From a virus (lineage: Duplodnaviria > Caudoviricetes): a DNA stretch of 64,000 nt. The stretch is taken from positions 1 through 64,000 of the IMG/VR virus record IMGVR_UViG_2791355311_000001. One strand, written 5' to 3'. Positions 26,749 through 36,908 of this stretch are shown here, in pieces (the first letter of the stretch is position 1; each line of letters opens with the position of its first letter). The notes under the pieces were generated by a model. It was not told where the DNA came from. It saw only the letters and a program-made list of their open reading frames with translations, and did not search any database. Made by a program: the position numbers and the translations under genes.

Positions 26749-29656
26749 TGTATTTGAGACAATAAAGCAAACCATATCCAAAGACGACTTAAAAGACTTT
26801 ATAAGCAATGAATATGGTATAGAATTTAAAGCAAACAATGCCAATGCCTTTTGTCCTTTTCACGATCATAATTTCCAAACACCATCACTAGGAGTGAGTG
26901 CCAATAACAACGGAGCATTTTTCCACTGCTTTGCATGCAACACCAGCGGAGATATAACCAAATTTGTAGAACTCAAAGAAAACATATCACCACTACAAGC
27001 AGCCAAAAAAGTATGCGAATATTTTAATATACCTTGTGATATTAACGCACAAGACCTATCCGAAGAAGAAAAAAAAGAAAGAGCCAAAAAATTAGAAGCT
27101 ATAAAAAGACAAAACAAAGAAAGAAGAGCCAAAGACAACGAACAAAAACAAGAACTTATCAAAAAAAATATAATAGCAATAGGCAAAATAGCACCAACTC
27201 TTATAAGAGATTTAGAGATAAATTATTCTAGTATCAAAGACACCCTAGAAGAATCATTTCATTTATATTTTATGCCGATATTTAAAGATATTTCAAAAGA
27301 CCTTTTAGGTTATAGCTTAGAGCATAAAAGCCTAGCTATCATCATAAGAGATAAAAACAACAATCCTATAAATATCAGATATAGACAAAAATTTAAATAC
27401 GATAGCACTCACAAGATGCTAACAAATGAGAGAATGGACGGCAAATGGATAGGACAAGCAAATATGTCATCTTTTCCTTTTCCACTAAGCCTATATGGAA
27501 ATCACACAGACGATAAAGTGATAATCTGCGAAGGTGAAAAAGATGCACTAAATTTATATAGTGTAGGGGTTAGAGCCTTGACCTTGGGGGGAGTAAATAA
27601 TAGCTTTGAGCCTTACAAAGCCTTACTAAAAGACAAGACTGTATATATATGGTTTGATAATGATGAAGCAGGGTATGAAAACGCTATCAAAAAATACCAC
27701 GAATTAAAAGATGTAGCAAAAAATATATATGTAGTTTTATTTTATGCTATTAGCAAAAAGCTACCACCAAAATATGATATTAGCGATTTTATAGGGGATA
27801 ATATACCAAAACTACACGCAAATACTATATATGATTTAATATCATATAGTTGCTTTAAAGTCTCAAATGTGCTTATAGATGAGATATGTGATTATTATCC
27901 AAAGCTTAGCAAAAAGCTAGAAAAATTTAGAGAGATAGAGCCTTTAAAAGAATTCATAGATATAAAAAAAGAAATTATCCAAAAAGATGATAATGGCAAC
28001 TATATAAATATTTTTCCAGTCAAAGGCGAACTAGATGATGAATTTATAGACCGCATCCTAGACAAAACAAAAGCCTTAAAAAAAGAACTAGGCAATGAAA
28101 GATATGATTTATTAAAAGACCTTTATTTACGCAACTTTGTAGTAACAGAAACAGAAACAGAAAATTTTGAGCGATGGACTAAATCTTTTGACGAAGCCTT
28201 TAAGATAAGCAAAACAATGAGATCAAACTATCATCAGACACATATTGTGGATATGGTAGAAAGTCTAAACCAAAGTTTTTACAAACTAGGCTACATCTTA
28301 GGCGAATACAAAGGCAACCTATATGTATGGACAAATAACCACTATATGAAAATAGAAATTAATTCTATGGCTAAATTTATACATAGTTACTGGATGAAAG
28401 CAGCACGGGTTGATTTAAAAAAACAAACAAGACCAAATGTTGATTTAATAGTAGCAGACCTTATAAGCTTAGCTATCAATCTTGATGAAATAAAAGCAAG
28501 ACAACAAAGGCGTGTTATAAATATGTTAAATGGCACTATCTTTATAAGTAAAAATGGCAAGGTTACTTTTAAAGACAAGCACGACCACAAAGACGGCGCT
28601 ACAAATATTCTTAAATTTCATTATGACCCTAATGCAACTTGCCCTAAATGGAACAGATTTTTAAGCCAAGTAATGAGCGATAGTGATGATGAAAAAACAC
28701 TAATGGAATTTATAGGATATTGTTTATTACCAAGCCATGATTATGAAAGCTTTTTATTTTTATATGGCAAAAGTGGAGCAAATGGCAAGAGCGTTATTCT
28801 TGATACACTCAAAAGCTTTTTTGGTGATGATAATATCTCAGCCTTACAACTTCAGCAATTTGAAGGACACCAGCTACACGCCCTAACAAATAAAATAATT
28901 AATATAGGTAGTGAGATAGATAAAAACTCAAGCGACAAAGGACAACTTGCCAACTTAAAAGCAATAGTTTCACCAAAGGATAATTTGCAAATAAACCCTA
29001 AAAATCAAGAGCCTTATTTATTGCTTCCAAATGAAAAACCAAAACTAGCCTTTGCAGGTAATGAAAAGCCTAGACAAGGTTTAGATAATGCAGTCTTTAG
29101 GCGTATGCTTTTAATTAGCTTTGATAAGGAAGTAAAAGACGGACAAAAGATAAGGGGGCTTAGTGATAGATTTGCCGATGAAATGGCAGGAATTTTTAAT
29201 CTAGCCATAGCAGGACTTGCAAGACTTATCACAAATGGCAAATTTACACGTTCACGCAGAATGCAAAACGAACTAGAAGAATACAAAGACGAAGTAAATC
29301 CTATCAGGGCTTTTGTGCGTGATGCAATCATACAAGATGAAAATTATTTTATACCAAGCAAATATCTATATGCGGTATATAAGAATTTCATAGAAGACAA
29401 AGGTGGCACACCGCTTAAAGAAAAGAACTTTTTCAAAGCATTTAGAGATGAATGTTTGATGAATAATATAGTAACATCCTACGAACAAAAACGTTTGCAA
29501 TCTCACTACCTAGGACTTACAAATGATAGACCTTATTGTATCGTAGGCGTTAGAATCAATCTAAATATTGACTTTGATTCAGTAAGTTTTGGCGGACAAC
29601 AGATATTTATTAACACAATGAGTGTTCGAAAAGGAGCAGAACTTGCTTCTATTTAA
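26729..29656 (+). CDS. Primase-helicase (CHC2 Zn finger, TOPRIM, D5-like SF3 helicase)
   Basis: CPFHDH..CFAC, ICEGEKDA, WFDND, GKSGANGKS, RRML. Confidence 0.85.
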   Translation: MGIMMNNVFETIKQTISKDDLKDFISNEYGIEFKANNANAFCPFHDHNFQTPSLGVSANNNGAFFHCFACNTSGDITKFVELKENISPLQAAKKVCEYFNIPCDINAQDLSEEEKKERAKKLEAIKRQNKERRAKDNEQKQELIKKNIIAIGKIAPTLIRDLEINYSSIKDTLEESFHLYFMPIFKDISKDLLGYSLEHKSLAIIIRDKNNNPINIRYRQKFKYDSTHKMLTNERMDGKWIGQANMSSFPFPLSLYGNHTDDKVIICEGEKDALNLYSVGVRALTLGGVNNSFEPYKALLKDKTVYIWFDNDEAGYENAIKKYHELKDVAKNIYVVLFYAISKKLPPKYDISDFIGDNIPKLHANTIYDLISYSCFKVSNVLIDEICDYYPKLSKKLEKFREIEPLKEFIDIKKEIIQKDDNGNYINIFPVKGELDDEFIDRILDKTKALKKELGNERYDLLKDLYLRNFVVTETETENFERWTKSFDEAFKISKTMRSNYHQTHIVDMVESLNQSFYKLGYILGEYKGNLYVWTNNHYMKIEINSMAKFIHSYWMKAARVDLKKQTRPNVDLIVADLISLAINLDEIKARQQRRVINMLNGTIFISKNGKVTFKDKHDHKDGATNILKFHYDPNATCPKWNRFLSQVMSDSDDEKTLMEFIGYCLLPSHDYESFLFLYGKSGANGKSVILDTLKSFFGDDNISALQLQQFEGHQLHALTNKIINIGSEIDKNSSDKGQLANLKAIVSPKDNLQINPKNQEPYLLLPNEKPKLAFAGNEKPRQGLDNAVFRRMLLISFDKEVKDGQKIRGLSDRFADEMAGIFNLAIAGLARLITNGKFTRSRRMQNELEEYKDEVNPIRAFVRDAIIQDENYFIPSKYLYAVYKNFIEDKGGTPLKEKNFFKAFRDECLMNNIVTSYEQKRLQSHYLGLTNDRPYCIVGVRINLNIDFDSVSFGGQQIFINTMSVRKGAELASI

Positions 29657-29660
29657 CCCT

Positions 29661-30005
29661 TGTCTTATGAATGTCTTATCATTGTCTTATGATTTTACAC
29701 CGTTCATAAGACAGCAAAACCACGATAAACACGGGGTTAGTAGTGCCTTGTCTTATCATCTTATGATTTTTGCCCCTATATTGATTTTGAAAAATATTTT
29801 TTTTATTTTATTTTATTTTTTTCTAACTAATATAGTAAAAATCATAAGACAGATAGAAAACTTAAACAATCAAATAACCATTTTATCGGCTTTCTCTTTT
29901 GTCATACGATTTTTAACCTTAATAAGACAGCAAAAAAGCAAAAGCCCATTTTTAGGGGCTTTGCTTGTCTTACGATTTTTTTATGATAATAAGACATATA
30001 AGACA
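29661..30005. repeat. Iteron-like TGTCTTAT array, probable replication origin
   Basis: Nine exact copies in both orientations plus two variants, flanking an AT-rich core, directly after the primase. Confidence 0.7.
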
Positions 30006-30016
30006 GGAGCTAAAAG

Positions 30017-30568
30017 ATGAACGATTTACAACAAATGGCATTTAATATCTACATAGACTCAGCAAGCTTTGAAAATGACTTTAAGCCTATGAGTGAAGAG
30101 GCCATAGCCCAAAAGATGAGAAACGAAGGACACGAGACTTCAAGCTCATCCATAAACAGATGGAAAAATAAATTTGAATGGAACAAGGCACTAGAAAATA
30201 AAATAACCCTAGCTATGAGTGAAAATAAAGAGTTAAAAAACATAATACAAAAAAGCTCACTACAAACTACCGTAAAAAATACAAAGGTAGATATAGAACG
30301 AAATAACATGATAATAGCCGGTAGCTATGAGATCATGGAAAGAGAATTAACAAGGTTGATTAATGACCAAAAACAAAATGGCAAATTAAAGTCCAAAGAA
30401 GATATAGAGCTATTTAAATTTATAGCAACACTAAGCACACAAAGACACGACAAAATGCTTGACAGACTAGCACTTATACCACCGGAGTCGGTTTCTGGTG
30501 ATGAGCTAATTAGCAGGCTCATGGATGTAACCATAGATGTTGAAGTTGAAGAAGATACACAGGAGTAA
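30017..30568 (+). CDS. Putative terminase small subunit / HTH protein
   Basis: N-terminal HTH (SEEAIAQKM...SSSSINRWKNKFEW), helical middle, acidic tail. Confidence 0.45.
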   Translation: MNDLQQMAFNIYIDSASFENDFKPMSEEAIAQKMRNEGHETSSSSINRWKNKFEWNKALENKITLAMSENKELKNIIQKSSLQTTVKNTKVDIERNNMIIAGSYEIMERELTRLINDQKQNGKLKSKEDIELFKFIATLSTQRHDKMLDRLALIPPESVSGDELISRLMDVTIDVEVEEDTQE

Positions 30569-30571
30569 AAT

Positions 30572-30766
30572 ATGATAGAGATTAAATTTATAAGTTTGCA
30601 AAAAATCAAATATGGCAAGTATAAGGCTAGACTTTTTAATGAAAAGAAAAATCTTGTTTTAGAGATAAACAAAGAGTTTAGACTTAATGAACTTGGAATA
30701 GTTGGACAAGAAATAATAAAAGCAGAGAAAAAAATAAAAGAAGAAGAGGAGCCTAGATTATTATGA
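30572..30766 (+). CDS. Hypothetical phage protein
   Basis: ORF with SD in the early operon. Confidence 0.5.
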   Translation: MIEIKFISLQKIKYGKYKARLFNEKKNLVLEINKEFRLNELGIVGQEIIKAEKKIKEEEEPRLL

Positions 30767-31155
30767 ATTTTATGACATTTGATGAATATGTAAAAATACT
30801 TAAAACCGCTGAAAAACAAGCAACCAAGACAGAGATAATGAGAATGAATAAACCGTTAAAACCTGATAATCCGAAAGCGGTTTTTGTCAAAGTAAATGCG
30901 AAGCTCTTAGAAATTTGGGATAAAGAGTTTTATTCTTGTGTTGATAGTGAAGTTGAAAACATAATAAACGAAGCTTTAAGTAAAAAGCAAAACACAAAGC
31001 TATCAAACAGTGTTTTATCAGGTATAAAAGAAGCGAGAACAAGAATTGAGCTATTAAAAGATATCATAAACAAAATAGCAAATATCCAATGTAATAATTT
31101 AACAAATGCAAAAAAGATAATAGCAAATATAAATGAGGTGGTGCAAAATGCTTAA
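30763..31155 (+). CDS. Hypothetical phage protein
   Basis: Overlapping start/stop in the operon. Confidence 0.55.
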   Translation: MNFMTFDEYVKILKTAEKQATKTEIMRMNKPLKPDNPKAVFVKVNAKLLEIWDKEFYSCVDSEVENIINEALSKKQNTKLSNSVLSGIKEARTRIELLKDIINKIANIQCNNLTNAKKIIANINEVVQNA

Positions 31156-31260
31156 AGATATCGTAAAAGATAAACTTATAGTTTTAGCAAAGATGTTGTT
31201 AGTTGTTGTAACTATGATTTTTATAATGGCTATACAAGCCTTAGTAAATTAAGGGGATGT

Positions 31261-31455
31261 ATGAAAACAAGTATGTATTTATATGGGGGTGAAAACTCAC
31301 ATCTTATATCTATAAACAATGGTGCTGATGACCGCATAGCAAAGGCAAAGATATTAATAAAAGAACTTTTAAAAGAACCGTTAAAGAGTAGAGATTTTAA
31401 AAGGATAGATGATATTTGCAAGGCTATAAAGCATTGGGAAAATTTAAAAAACTAA
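31261..31455 (+). CDS. Hypothetical phage protein
   Basis: ORF with SD in the operon. Confidence 0.5.
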   Translation: MKTSMYLYGGENSHLISINNGADDRIAKAKILIKELLKEPLKSRDFKRIDDICKAIKHWENLKN

Positions 31456-31465
31456 GGAATAAAAG

Positions 31466-31921
31466 ATGAATATAGGTTATTTTAAAAATGTTATATATAC
31501 AAACGAACAAGGGCAGGAGTTAAGTTATATAGGTGGTATTATCAATATACCTTTTGCCAGACCTTTAGAAGTTGCTTTGTTAAAAGCTAGTGCGGAAGAT
31601 AAAAAAAACAATGCTAATTTACCAGATTTTAAGATAGTTTTACAAAGACCAAAAGGCTATCAAGGGCAAAGACAAATAATAGGTGCTTTATGGAAAAGAC
31701 AATCGCAACGCGGTTTAGAATACATTTCAGGAAGTATCCAAAGTCCAATCTTACCCGGTGGGCAAATGTATATAGCATTGTTTGAGCCAACACAAGATGA
31801 TTCACAACTTTTATATGAAATAAGTTGGAGTGTGCCAAAGAGCAATAACACTCAAAGCAGTATACCGGATGTAAACACAGATGATATAGCTTATGAGATT
31901 AATAACGAAATACCTTTTTAA
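31466..31921 (+). CDS. DUF736-like protein with SSB-like acidic tail
   Basis: PDF.I...IGALWKR.S..G..YISG.I.SP. C-terminus NEIPF. Confidence 0.65.
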   Translation: MNIGYFKNVIYTNEQGQELSYIGGIINIPFARPLEVALLKASAEDKKNNANLPDFKIVLQRPKGYQGQRQIIGALWKRQSQRGLEYISGSIQSPILPGGQMYIALFEPTQDDSQLLYEISWSVPKSNNTQSSIPDVNTDDIAYEINNEIPF

Positions 31922-31942
31922 AAGAAAACAAAGGGGCGAATA

Positions 31943-32155
31943 ATGAATGATTATAAAGATATATTAGTAACGTGGTATTCACCGAAATATAACAATGGCT
32001 ACAAGGTAGTTATTAGGGTAAAAGATGAGTTTTTAAAGGAAAATTACATGTATTATAAAGAACCTGATATTCTTAAAAAATATAGGGAAGTTTTAAACGA
32101 TGATAGTGCAGTTGTGCTTTTTGTAGAAGATGAAGTTTATTTTATAGAGGTGTAA
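31943..32155 (+). CDS. Hypothetical phage protein
   Basis: ORF in the operon. Confidence 0.5.
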   Translation: MNDYKDILVTWYSPKYNNGYKVVIRVKDEFLKENYMYYKEPDILKKYREVLNDDSAVVLFVEDEVYFIEV

Positions 32156-32157
32156 AA

Positions 32158-32409
32158 ATGGAAGTAAAAGAGATATTAGAACAAAGAGAGCAAACGCATG
32201 GAACTTTTGAGGAGCAATCCTCAATCTCCCAAACTTTAAAACATACACTAGGTAAGTATAGTTACAAACTAACCCCTCAACAAAGAGAGGCTATGCAGAT
32301 GATAATGCATAAACAAGCGAGGATTTTAGCAGGTGATCCAAATGTTAAAGACCATTGGGTTGATATAGCAGGTTATGCGACATTAGTAGCTAAAGAATTA
32401 AAGGAGTAA
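32158..32409 (+). CDS. DUF6378-like phage protein
   Basis: L.QR..THG.F...K.ARIL.GD....DHWVDIAGYA. Confidence 0.7.
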   Translation: MEVKEILEQREQTHGTFEEQSSISQTLKHTLGKYSYKLTPQQREAMQMIMHKQARILAGDPNVKDHWVDIAGYATLVAKELKE

Positions 32410-32411
32410 AA

Positions 32412-32867
32412 ATGCCATATGTAAACTTATATTTAGATGATGAAGTTGCTTATCAACTTTTAGAAGAATTAGAAGTAGAAGAATACCTTTCTCTACTTGA
32501 ATCTAAATTACTAACAGATAATGATATAACAGCAGGAGGAGTTGTTTATTTAGCAGAGATTTTAGAAAAAATAGACACAAGGTCAATAGGCGAACTTATT
32601 TATATGCTTAGTGATGATAGAGCAAAAGAAATAAAAGACTTTTTATCAGCATATAAAAAAATTAAAGGAGGTCAAGAGCTAAACACAAGAATACAAAGAG
32701 CGATAGAAGATTTATCACATTATTTTAACGAGTATGAAGAGTATGCGGAGTTAGATTATGAAGATTGGAATAAAGATGATGCAGAGTTTATATTAATCAA
32801 TATGTCATATTTATTAGATAAATTAAGAACTTATGTTGATGACACTTTAGATGAGTTGATGGAATAA
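32412..32867 (+). CDS. Acidic hypothetical phage protein
   Basis: ORF with SD AAGGAG. Confidence 0.55.
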   Translation: MPYVNLYLDDEVAYQLLEELEVEEYLSLLESKLLTDNDITAGGVVYLAEILEKIDTRSIGELIYMLSDDRAKEIKDFLSAYKKIKGGQELNTRIQRAIEDLSHYFNEYEEYAELDYEDWNKDDAEFILINMSYLLDKLRTYVDDTLDELME

Positions 32868-32871
32868 AACA

Positions 32872-33383
32872 ATGACAAAAACACAATTTAACGACATAAA
32901 AGAAAAGCTACTTGAGTATTGTAAAGACAAAGGGCTAAGTATAGTAAATCAAAGAGCAGGTTATGCAGCAAACCTTAGCAAAGAGATAACCGAATATCTA
33001 AGAGCTAATAACGACGATGATAAGGTAGACGCACTTTGTGATATGATTGTGTTTACTCTAAATGCCACCTACAAGCTTGAATATAGAACCGGAGATTCTC
33101 ATTTTGATAATAAAGTGCCAGTCATAGCTTTTGCTTTTTTAAGTATGTATTGTGACAAGTTAGCAAATATCACAGATGTAGCTTATTTTGTAGCAAACAT
33201 TATAAGAAATATTGAAATAATGGGCTATGATAGCTATAAATGTATGCTTGAAACGATTAAGAAGATAAGCTCCCGCACAGGGCATTACGATGAAAAAGCA
33301 AAAAATTTATCAAAGATACTTCAGATGAAGCCAAAGCCAAATGGTACAAAGCTGATTATGCTAGTTGCAAGTTAATGGATTAA
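32872..33383 (+). pseudogene. MazG/dUTPase-like all-alpha pyrophosphohydrolase with a probable frameshift near the 3' end
   Basis: EYL.A.....VDALCD.IVF. One extra A in the run at 33300-33305 gives KKFIKDTSDEAKAKWYKADYASCKLMD*. Confidence 0.5.
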
Positions 33384-33626
33384 TATGAGCTATTTAAACT
33401 ATGATGAATTATCAGGTTTATTCATTGCACCTGGCTTGCTAAATGATAAATATGCCAATTACCTAGTATAGGCTGAAAAAGACGACACAGGCAAGACGGT
33501 ATATAGAGCAAAAAACAGATGTAACGATAAATATTTGCAAGACAGATAAAGGCTTTGAGGCTAAAAAAGTTTTTTTATATGAAGCCTTTTATAACTATAT
33601 AAAAGCAACATAAGAAAGGAATACAA

Positions 33627-33803
33627 ATGAACGATGAACTATTAACGGCAAAAGAAGTTATGCAACTTTTAAAGATAAGTGCAACAACTTTATGGAAGTA
33701 TGTAAAAGCAGGGAAGATAAACAAACACTCTTTGACAAAAAGAACTATAAGATATTCTAAAAATGAGATACTACAACTTGTTAAATCTCAAACAGTGGCT
33801 TAA
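33627..33803 (+). CDS. Excisionase / AlpA-like HTH (58 aa, not in the ORF track)
   Basis: MNDELLTAKEVMQLLKISATTLWKYVKAGKI...RTIRY. Converges on the integrase. Confidence 0.8.
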   Translation: MNDELLTAKEVMQLLKISATTLWKYVKAGKINKHSLTKRTIRYSKNEILQLVKSQTVA

Positions 33804-34999
33804 GAAATTAAGCCACTTAAATAATCACCCCACCATTGCATTAAAACTCTCATCTGTTTTAAATTGCTAGCCCTATTATAAGCATCTCTTATCTTGTCTT
33901 TATCAGCATGTGCCAAACATTTTTCTATTATATCTATACCACATTGATGATCATCTCTTAACTCATTTGCTAAAGTTGAAAACATCGCCCTAAAGCCGTG
34001 AGATACTATCTCATCTTTACTATAACCAAGTCTTCTTAAGGCGGCATTTAGTGTGTTATCGCTCATACACCTATCAGCACTTCTTAAACTTGCAAATAAA
34101 TAGTTGCTACTCTTGTCAGCTACCAGCCTGTAATCTTTTAACAAATCCATAGCTTGAGTAGATAAAGGCAAGATAAATTCTTGTTTCATTTTCATTTTCT
34201 CAGCCGGTATCACCCATAGCTTGTTTTTAAAATCTATCTCATTCCACTCACAAGCCCTAATGTTAAAAGGGCGGACAGCAGTATTCATTAAAAGCTTTAA
34301 TGCTACCTTTGTTTTATAATCGCCATTGTATTCATCTATACTAAGTATCAAACCTCTTATGTCATTTGTCTTTGTTAGGGTAGGGTAGTTTTTTGTTTTT
34401 GCCTGTTTGAATGTATATCTAAAACTTATATCAGCTATTATATTATGCTTTGTATAGCCGTAGCTTACGGCATATTTGTATATTTGATTAAGTAGGGAGA
34501 ATATTCTTTTTAATGTTTCAAGAGAGCCACTATCTTCTATTATTTTAAGCGTATTTATAATATCAACTGTGCTTATAGCGTTTATATCTCTATCGCCTAA
34601 ATATTTTGATACATGTTTATTAAACACCAATAATTGTTTTTTTGCATAGCTTTGCGTGTTTGTAGCGTTTTTAATCTCTAGCCACTCAAGCCCTATTTTA
34701 TTTAGAGTGTTTATCATTTTGCCTTTATGCATTAAGGGATCATTGCCCTCTTGCAAAGCTTCTAATAATTCAGCCCTTTTCTTCCTTGCATTTGCAAGAG
34801 TAAGTGTAGGATAATCACCAAGTGCTATTCTTCTAATCTTTTGAGTAACAGGACTTTTATATTCAAGTGCAAAATGCTTACGACCATTAGGCTTGATAAA
34901 TAGATATAGCTTATCACCATCTGAAAGCTTATACTCTTTATCTTTTGGTTTTAAATTCTTTATCTTAGTATCAGATAACGGAGTGCTTATCTTAGGCAT
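33800..34999 (-). CDS. P4-type tyrosine integrase of prophage 1
   Basis: Arm-binding N-terminus (LSDTKI..LKPKDKEYKLSDGD.LYL), HGFRAMFST, LAH, AYNR. Confidence 0.92.
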   Translation of the reverse strand: MPKISTPLSDTKIKNLKPKDKEYKLSDGDKLYLFIKPNGRKHFALEYKSPVTQKIRRIALGDYPTLTLANARKKRAELLEALQEGNDPLMHKGKMINTLNKIGLEWLEIKNATNTQSYAKKQLLVFNKHVSKYLGDRDINAISTVDIINTLKIIEDSGSLETLKRIFSLLNQIYKYAVSYGYTKHNIIADISFRYTFKQAKTKNYPTLTKTNDIRGLILSIDEYNGDYKTKVALKLLMNTAVRPFNIRACEWNEIDFKNKLWVIPAEKMKMKQEFILPLSTQAMDLLKDYRLVADKSSNYLFASLRSADRCMSDNTLNAALRRLGYSKDEIVSHGFRAMFSTLANELRDDHQCGIDIIEKCLAHADKDKIRDAYNRASNLKQMRVLMQWWGDYLSGLIS

Positions 35000-35070
35000 A
35001 CATAATCCTTTTAACGGACTTTTTTTACAAAGTCCTTTTTTAGTCCGTCAAATTATCCGTTAAAAATGTT

Positions 35071-35120
35071 TAAAACAAGTTAAAACAAGTTAAAACAAGT
35101 TAAAACAATATAAAACAATA
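35071..35120. repeat. 10-bp tandem repeat, TAAAACAAGT x3 plus TAAAACAATA x2
   Basis: Seen directly between the integrase start and the att core. Confidence 0.85.
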
Positions 35121-35208
35121 TAAATAAACCAACACGAACAAAAACACGATTTTATCGAACTTCGGTTAAACAAAATAAAAGAAAATGAATAAGGGGAAAA
35201 TATGTAAA

Positions 35209-35231
35209 TGGTGGAAGCGAGGGGAATCGAA
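35209..35231 (-). other. ssrA: att core: duplicated 3' end of tmRNA
   Basis: Minus strand TTCGATTCCCCTCGCTTCCACCA = T-arm half, Ala-type acceptor strand and CCA. No upstream RNA body; adjacent to the integrase. Confidence 0.75.
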
Positions 35232-35352
35232 TTATATTAAGTAAAAGCCCATAATATCGTTATTATTTATTTTATGTGCTTTGTTTAGTCAATAATGAAG
35301 TCAATAAAAAATATATTAGTGCGTAAAAAAGTAATACATCAAAATGTCAATT

Positions 35353-36906
35353 CTACCCCCAGCTACTACCGCCTCTTTCTCTATTTCTTGACCTTTCCCT
35401 ACTTGCTCTACTTCTGCCACCGGGCTTACCATCACTCATACCACTACGGCGATTACTGCTCTTTGATGAGTCTTTATCTCTACTACTACCGCTACTTGAT
35501 GCCCAACTACTTCCAAAGCTACTGCCAAATTTATCTTTGAAAGATTTGTCTATAGTCATTTCAAGACCACTCTTATATTCACTTTTTTTAGTTTTGTCGT
35601 TTTCTCGATAAAAACCACCACTTCCGTTTGTATGCCATCTATCTCTACTCCTACTCCTCCTAGAGTTACCACTACTTGATGCCCAATTACTGCTTAAATT
35701 ATCATTAATAGCGTTAGTAAAGGGGCTATTTATTGTTGTGTTATAACCATAATTGTTAGCTATATCCTCGACGCTCTTATTTTTAATTATACCACCATAA
35801 AGGCTACTCTTACCATTTCTAAGCCAATCGCCATCACTCCTACCTGTAGTGATTAAATTATATGCCCTCATATCTACCAAGCTACCCTTAAATGTATTCC
35901 CTGTCATTGTGCTTGTGATTGTTCCATCAGTCCCATAAGTAGCTGACACGCGACCATCAACACCAAAGCCAGCCATATTGCCGTCCCAATCTGTAAGCAT
36001 TTCTAATTTACTCTCAACTTCATCGCCAAACAACGAATTGACACTGCCAACTAAATCTTTTAAAAATTCTCCTATTGTTTTTGGCTGTTGATAAAGTGCC
36101 ATTCTCTTACCATCAACTTCAGCAAAGCCCATCAACTCCCCACCAAATCCGTAGTGTCTGTCTAACTTTGTCATCACCTCAAACGCTTCTGTTACAGCCA
36201 TTTTGACAATTTCAGCTACAAACATACCGCCTATAGGGGCTATACTTGTGCCTATAGCCGACATTGTTTTCTTAACGGCGACATTGGTCGCTTTTGACAA
36301 CAAAGTATCTGATAAATTCTCAACAGCGTTAGCGGATAAGTTTAGTTTGCCTGTTGTAAGACCATCATAAATAGTACCTAAAACAGTACCGCCAATTCCC
36401 GGCATTATCGTATTTCCTACATATTCTAATTTATTCTCAATAATGCCATCAAATTGCTTCTCTTTTACAAACGCTTCAAGCGAATTTGTATAACCATTTG
36501 CTTGTAAAGTTGCCCTATCTTCACCAAATATAGCGTTATAGCCTTGCCCTTTGTTAGTAAATTGCCTTTTTAAAGGAAGTATTACATCTTTAATAACCCC
36601 CTCTATATCTTGCATTATCTCTATCGTTGTATCTATATCATCATTCATAACAGACATTTGAATACTCATTAATGCAAACTCAGCAAAATCTTCATTAAGT
36701 GATGTTATAGCACCGCTTAAATTACCACTTTTGTTTAAAAATATAGCCCTATAATCAGCCCCTGTCTCATTAAATGCAGAATATCCAAACCCACCAGCTA
36801 ATGTGCTATCCATAGCACCACCAGCCATATATGAAAATACATCACTTTCAAGCGTATTCTCTGCATTAAATGTAGCGTTTAGACTATTTTCAAAGGCTAT
36901 ATACAT
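35353..36906 (-). CDS. Phage virion-associated protein with Arg/Ser/Gly-rich tail
   Basis: Paralogue of 11175-12938. Confidence 0.65.
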   Translation of the reverse strand: MYIAFENSLNATFNAENTLESDVFSYMAGGAMDSTLAGGFGYSAFNETGADYRAIFLNKSGNLSGAITSLNEDFAEFALMSIQMSVMNDDIDTTIEIMQDIEGVIKDVILPLKRQFTNKGQGYNAIFGEDRATLQANGYTNSLEAFVKEKQFDGIIENKLEYVGNTIMPGIGGTVLGTIYDGLTTGKLNLSANAVENLSDTLLSKATNVAVKKTMSAIGTSIAPIGGMFVAEIVKMAVTEAFEVMTKLDRHYGFGGELMGFAEVDGKRMALYQQPKTIGEFLKDLVGSVNSLFGDEVESKLEMLTDWDGNMAGFGVDGRVSATYGTDGTITSTMTGNTFKGSLVDMRAYNLITTGRSDGDWLRNGKSSLYGGIIKNKSVEDIANNYGYNTTINSPFTNAINDNLSSNWASSSGNSRRSRSRDRWHTNGSGGFYRENDKTKKSEYKSGLEMTIDKSFKDKFGSSFGSSWASSSGSSRDKDSSKSSNRRSGMSDGKPGGRSRASRERSRNRERGGSSWG

Positions 36907-36908
36907 TC

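Larger units (their letters stand above)
1..35231. mobile_element. Prophage 1, podovirus-like temperate phage (left end outside window)
   Basis: Portal, capsid, tail fibre, lysis, CI/Cro, primase-helicase, Xis and integrase next to a tmRNA-derived att core at 35209-35231. Confidence 0.9.

Noticed and set aside
29622-30020. 132-aa ORF from the track
   Set aside because: Overlies the iteron array and has low-complexity composition, so it is likely spurious.
35209-35231. Complete tRNA or tmRNA gene
   Set aside because: Only the 3' 23 nt are present; the upstream sequence cannot form the rest of the RNA.
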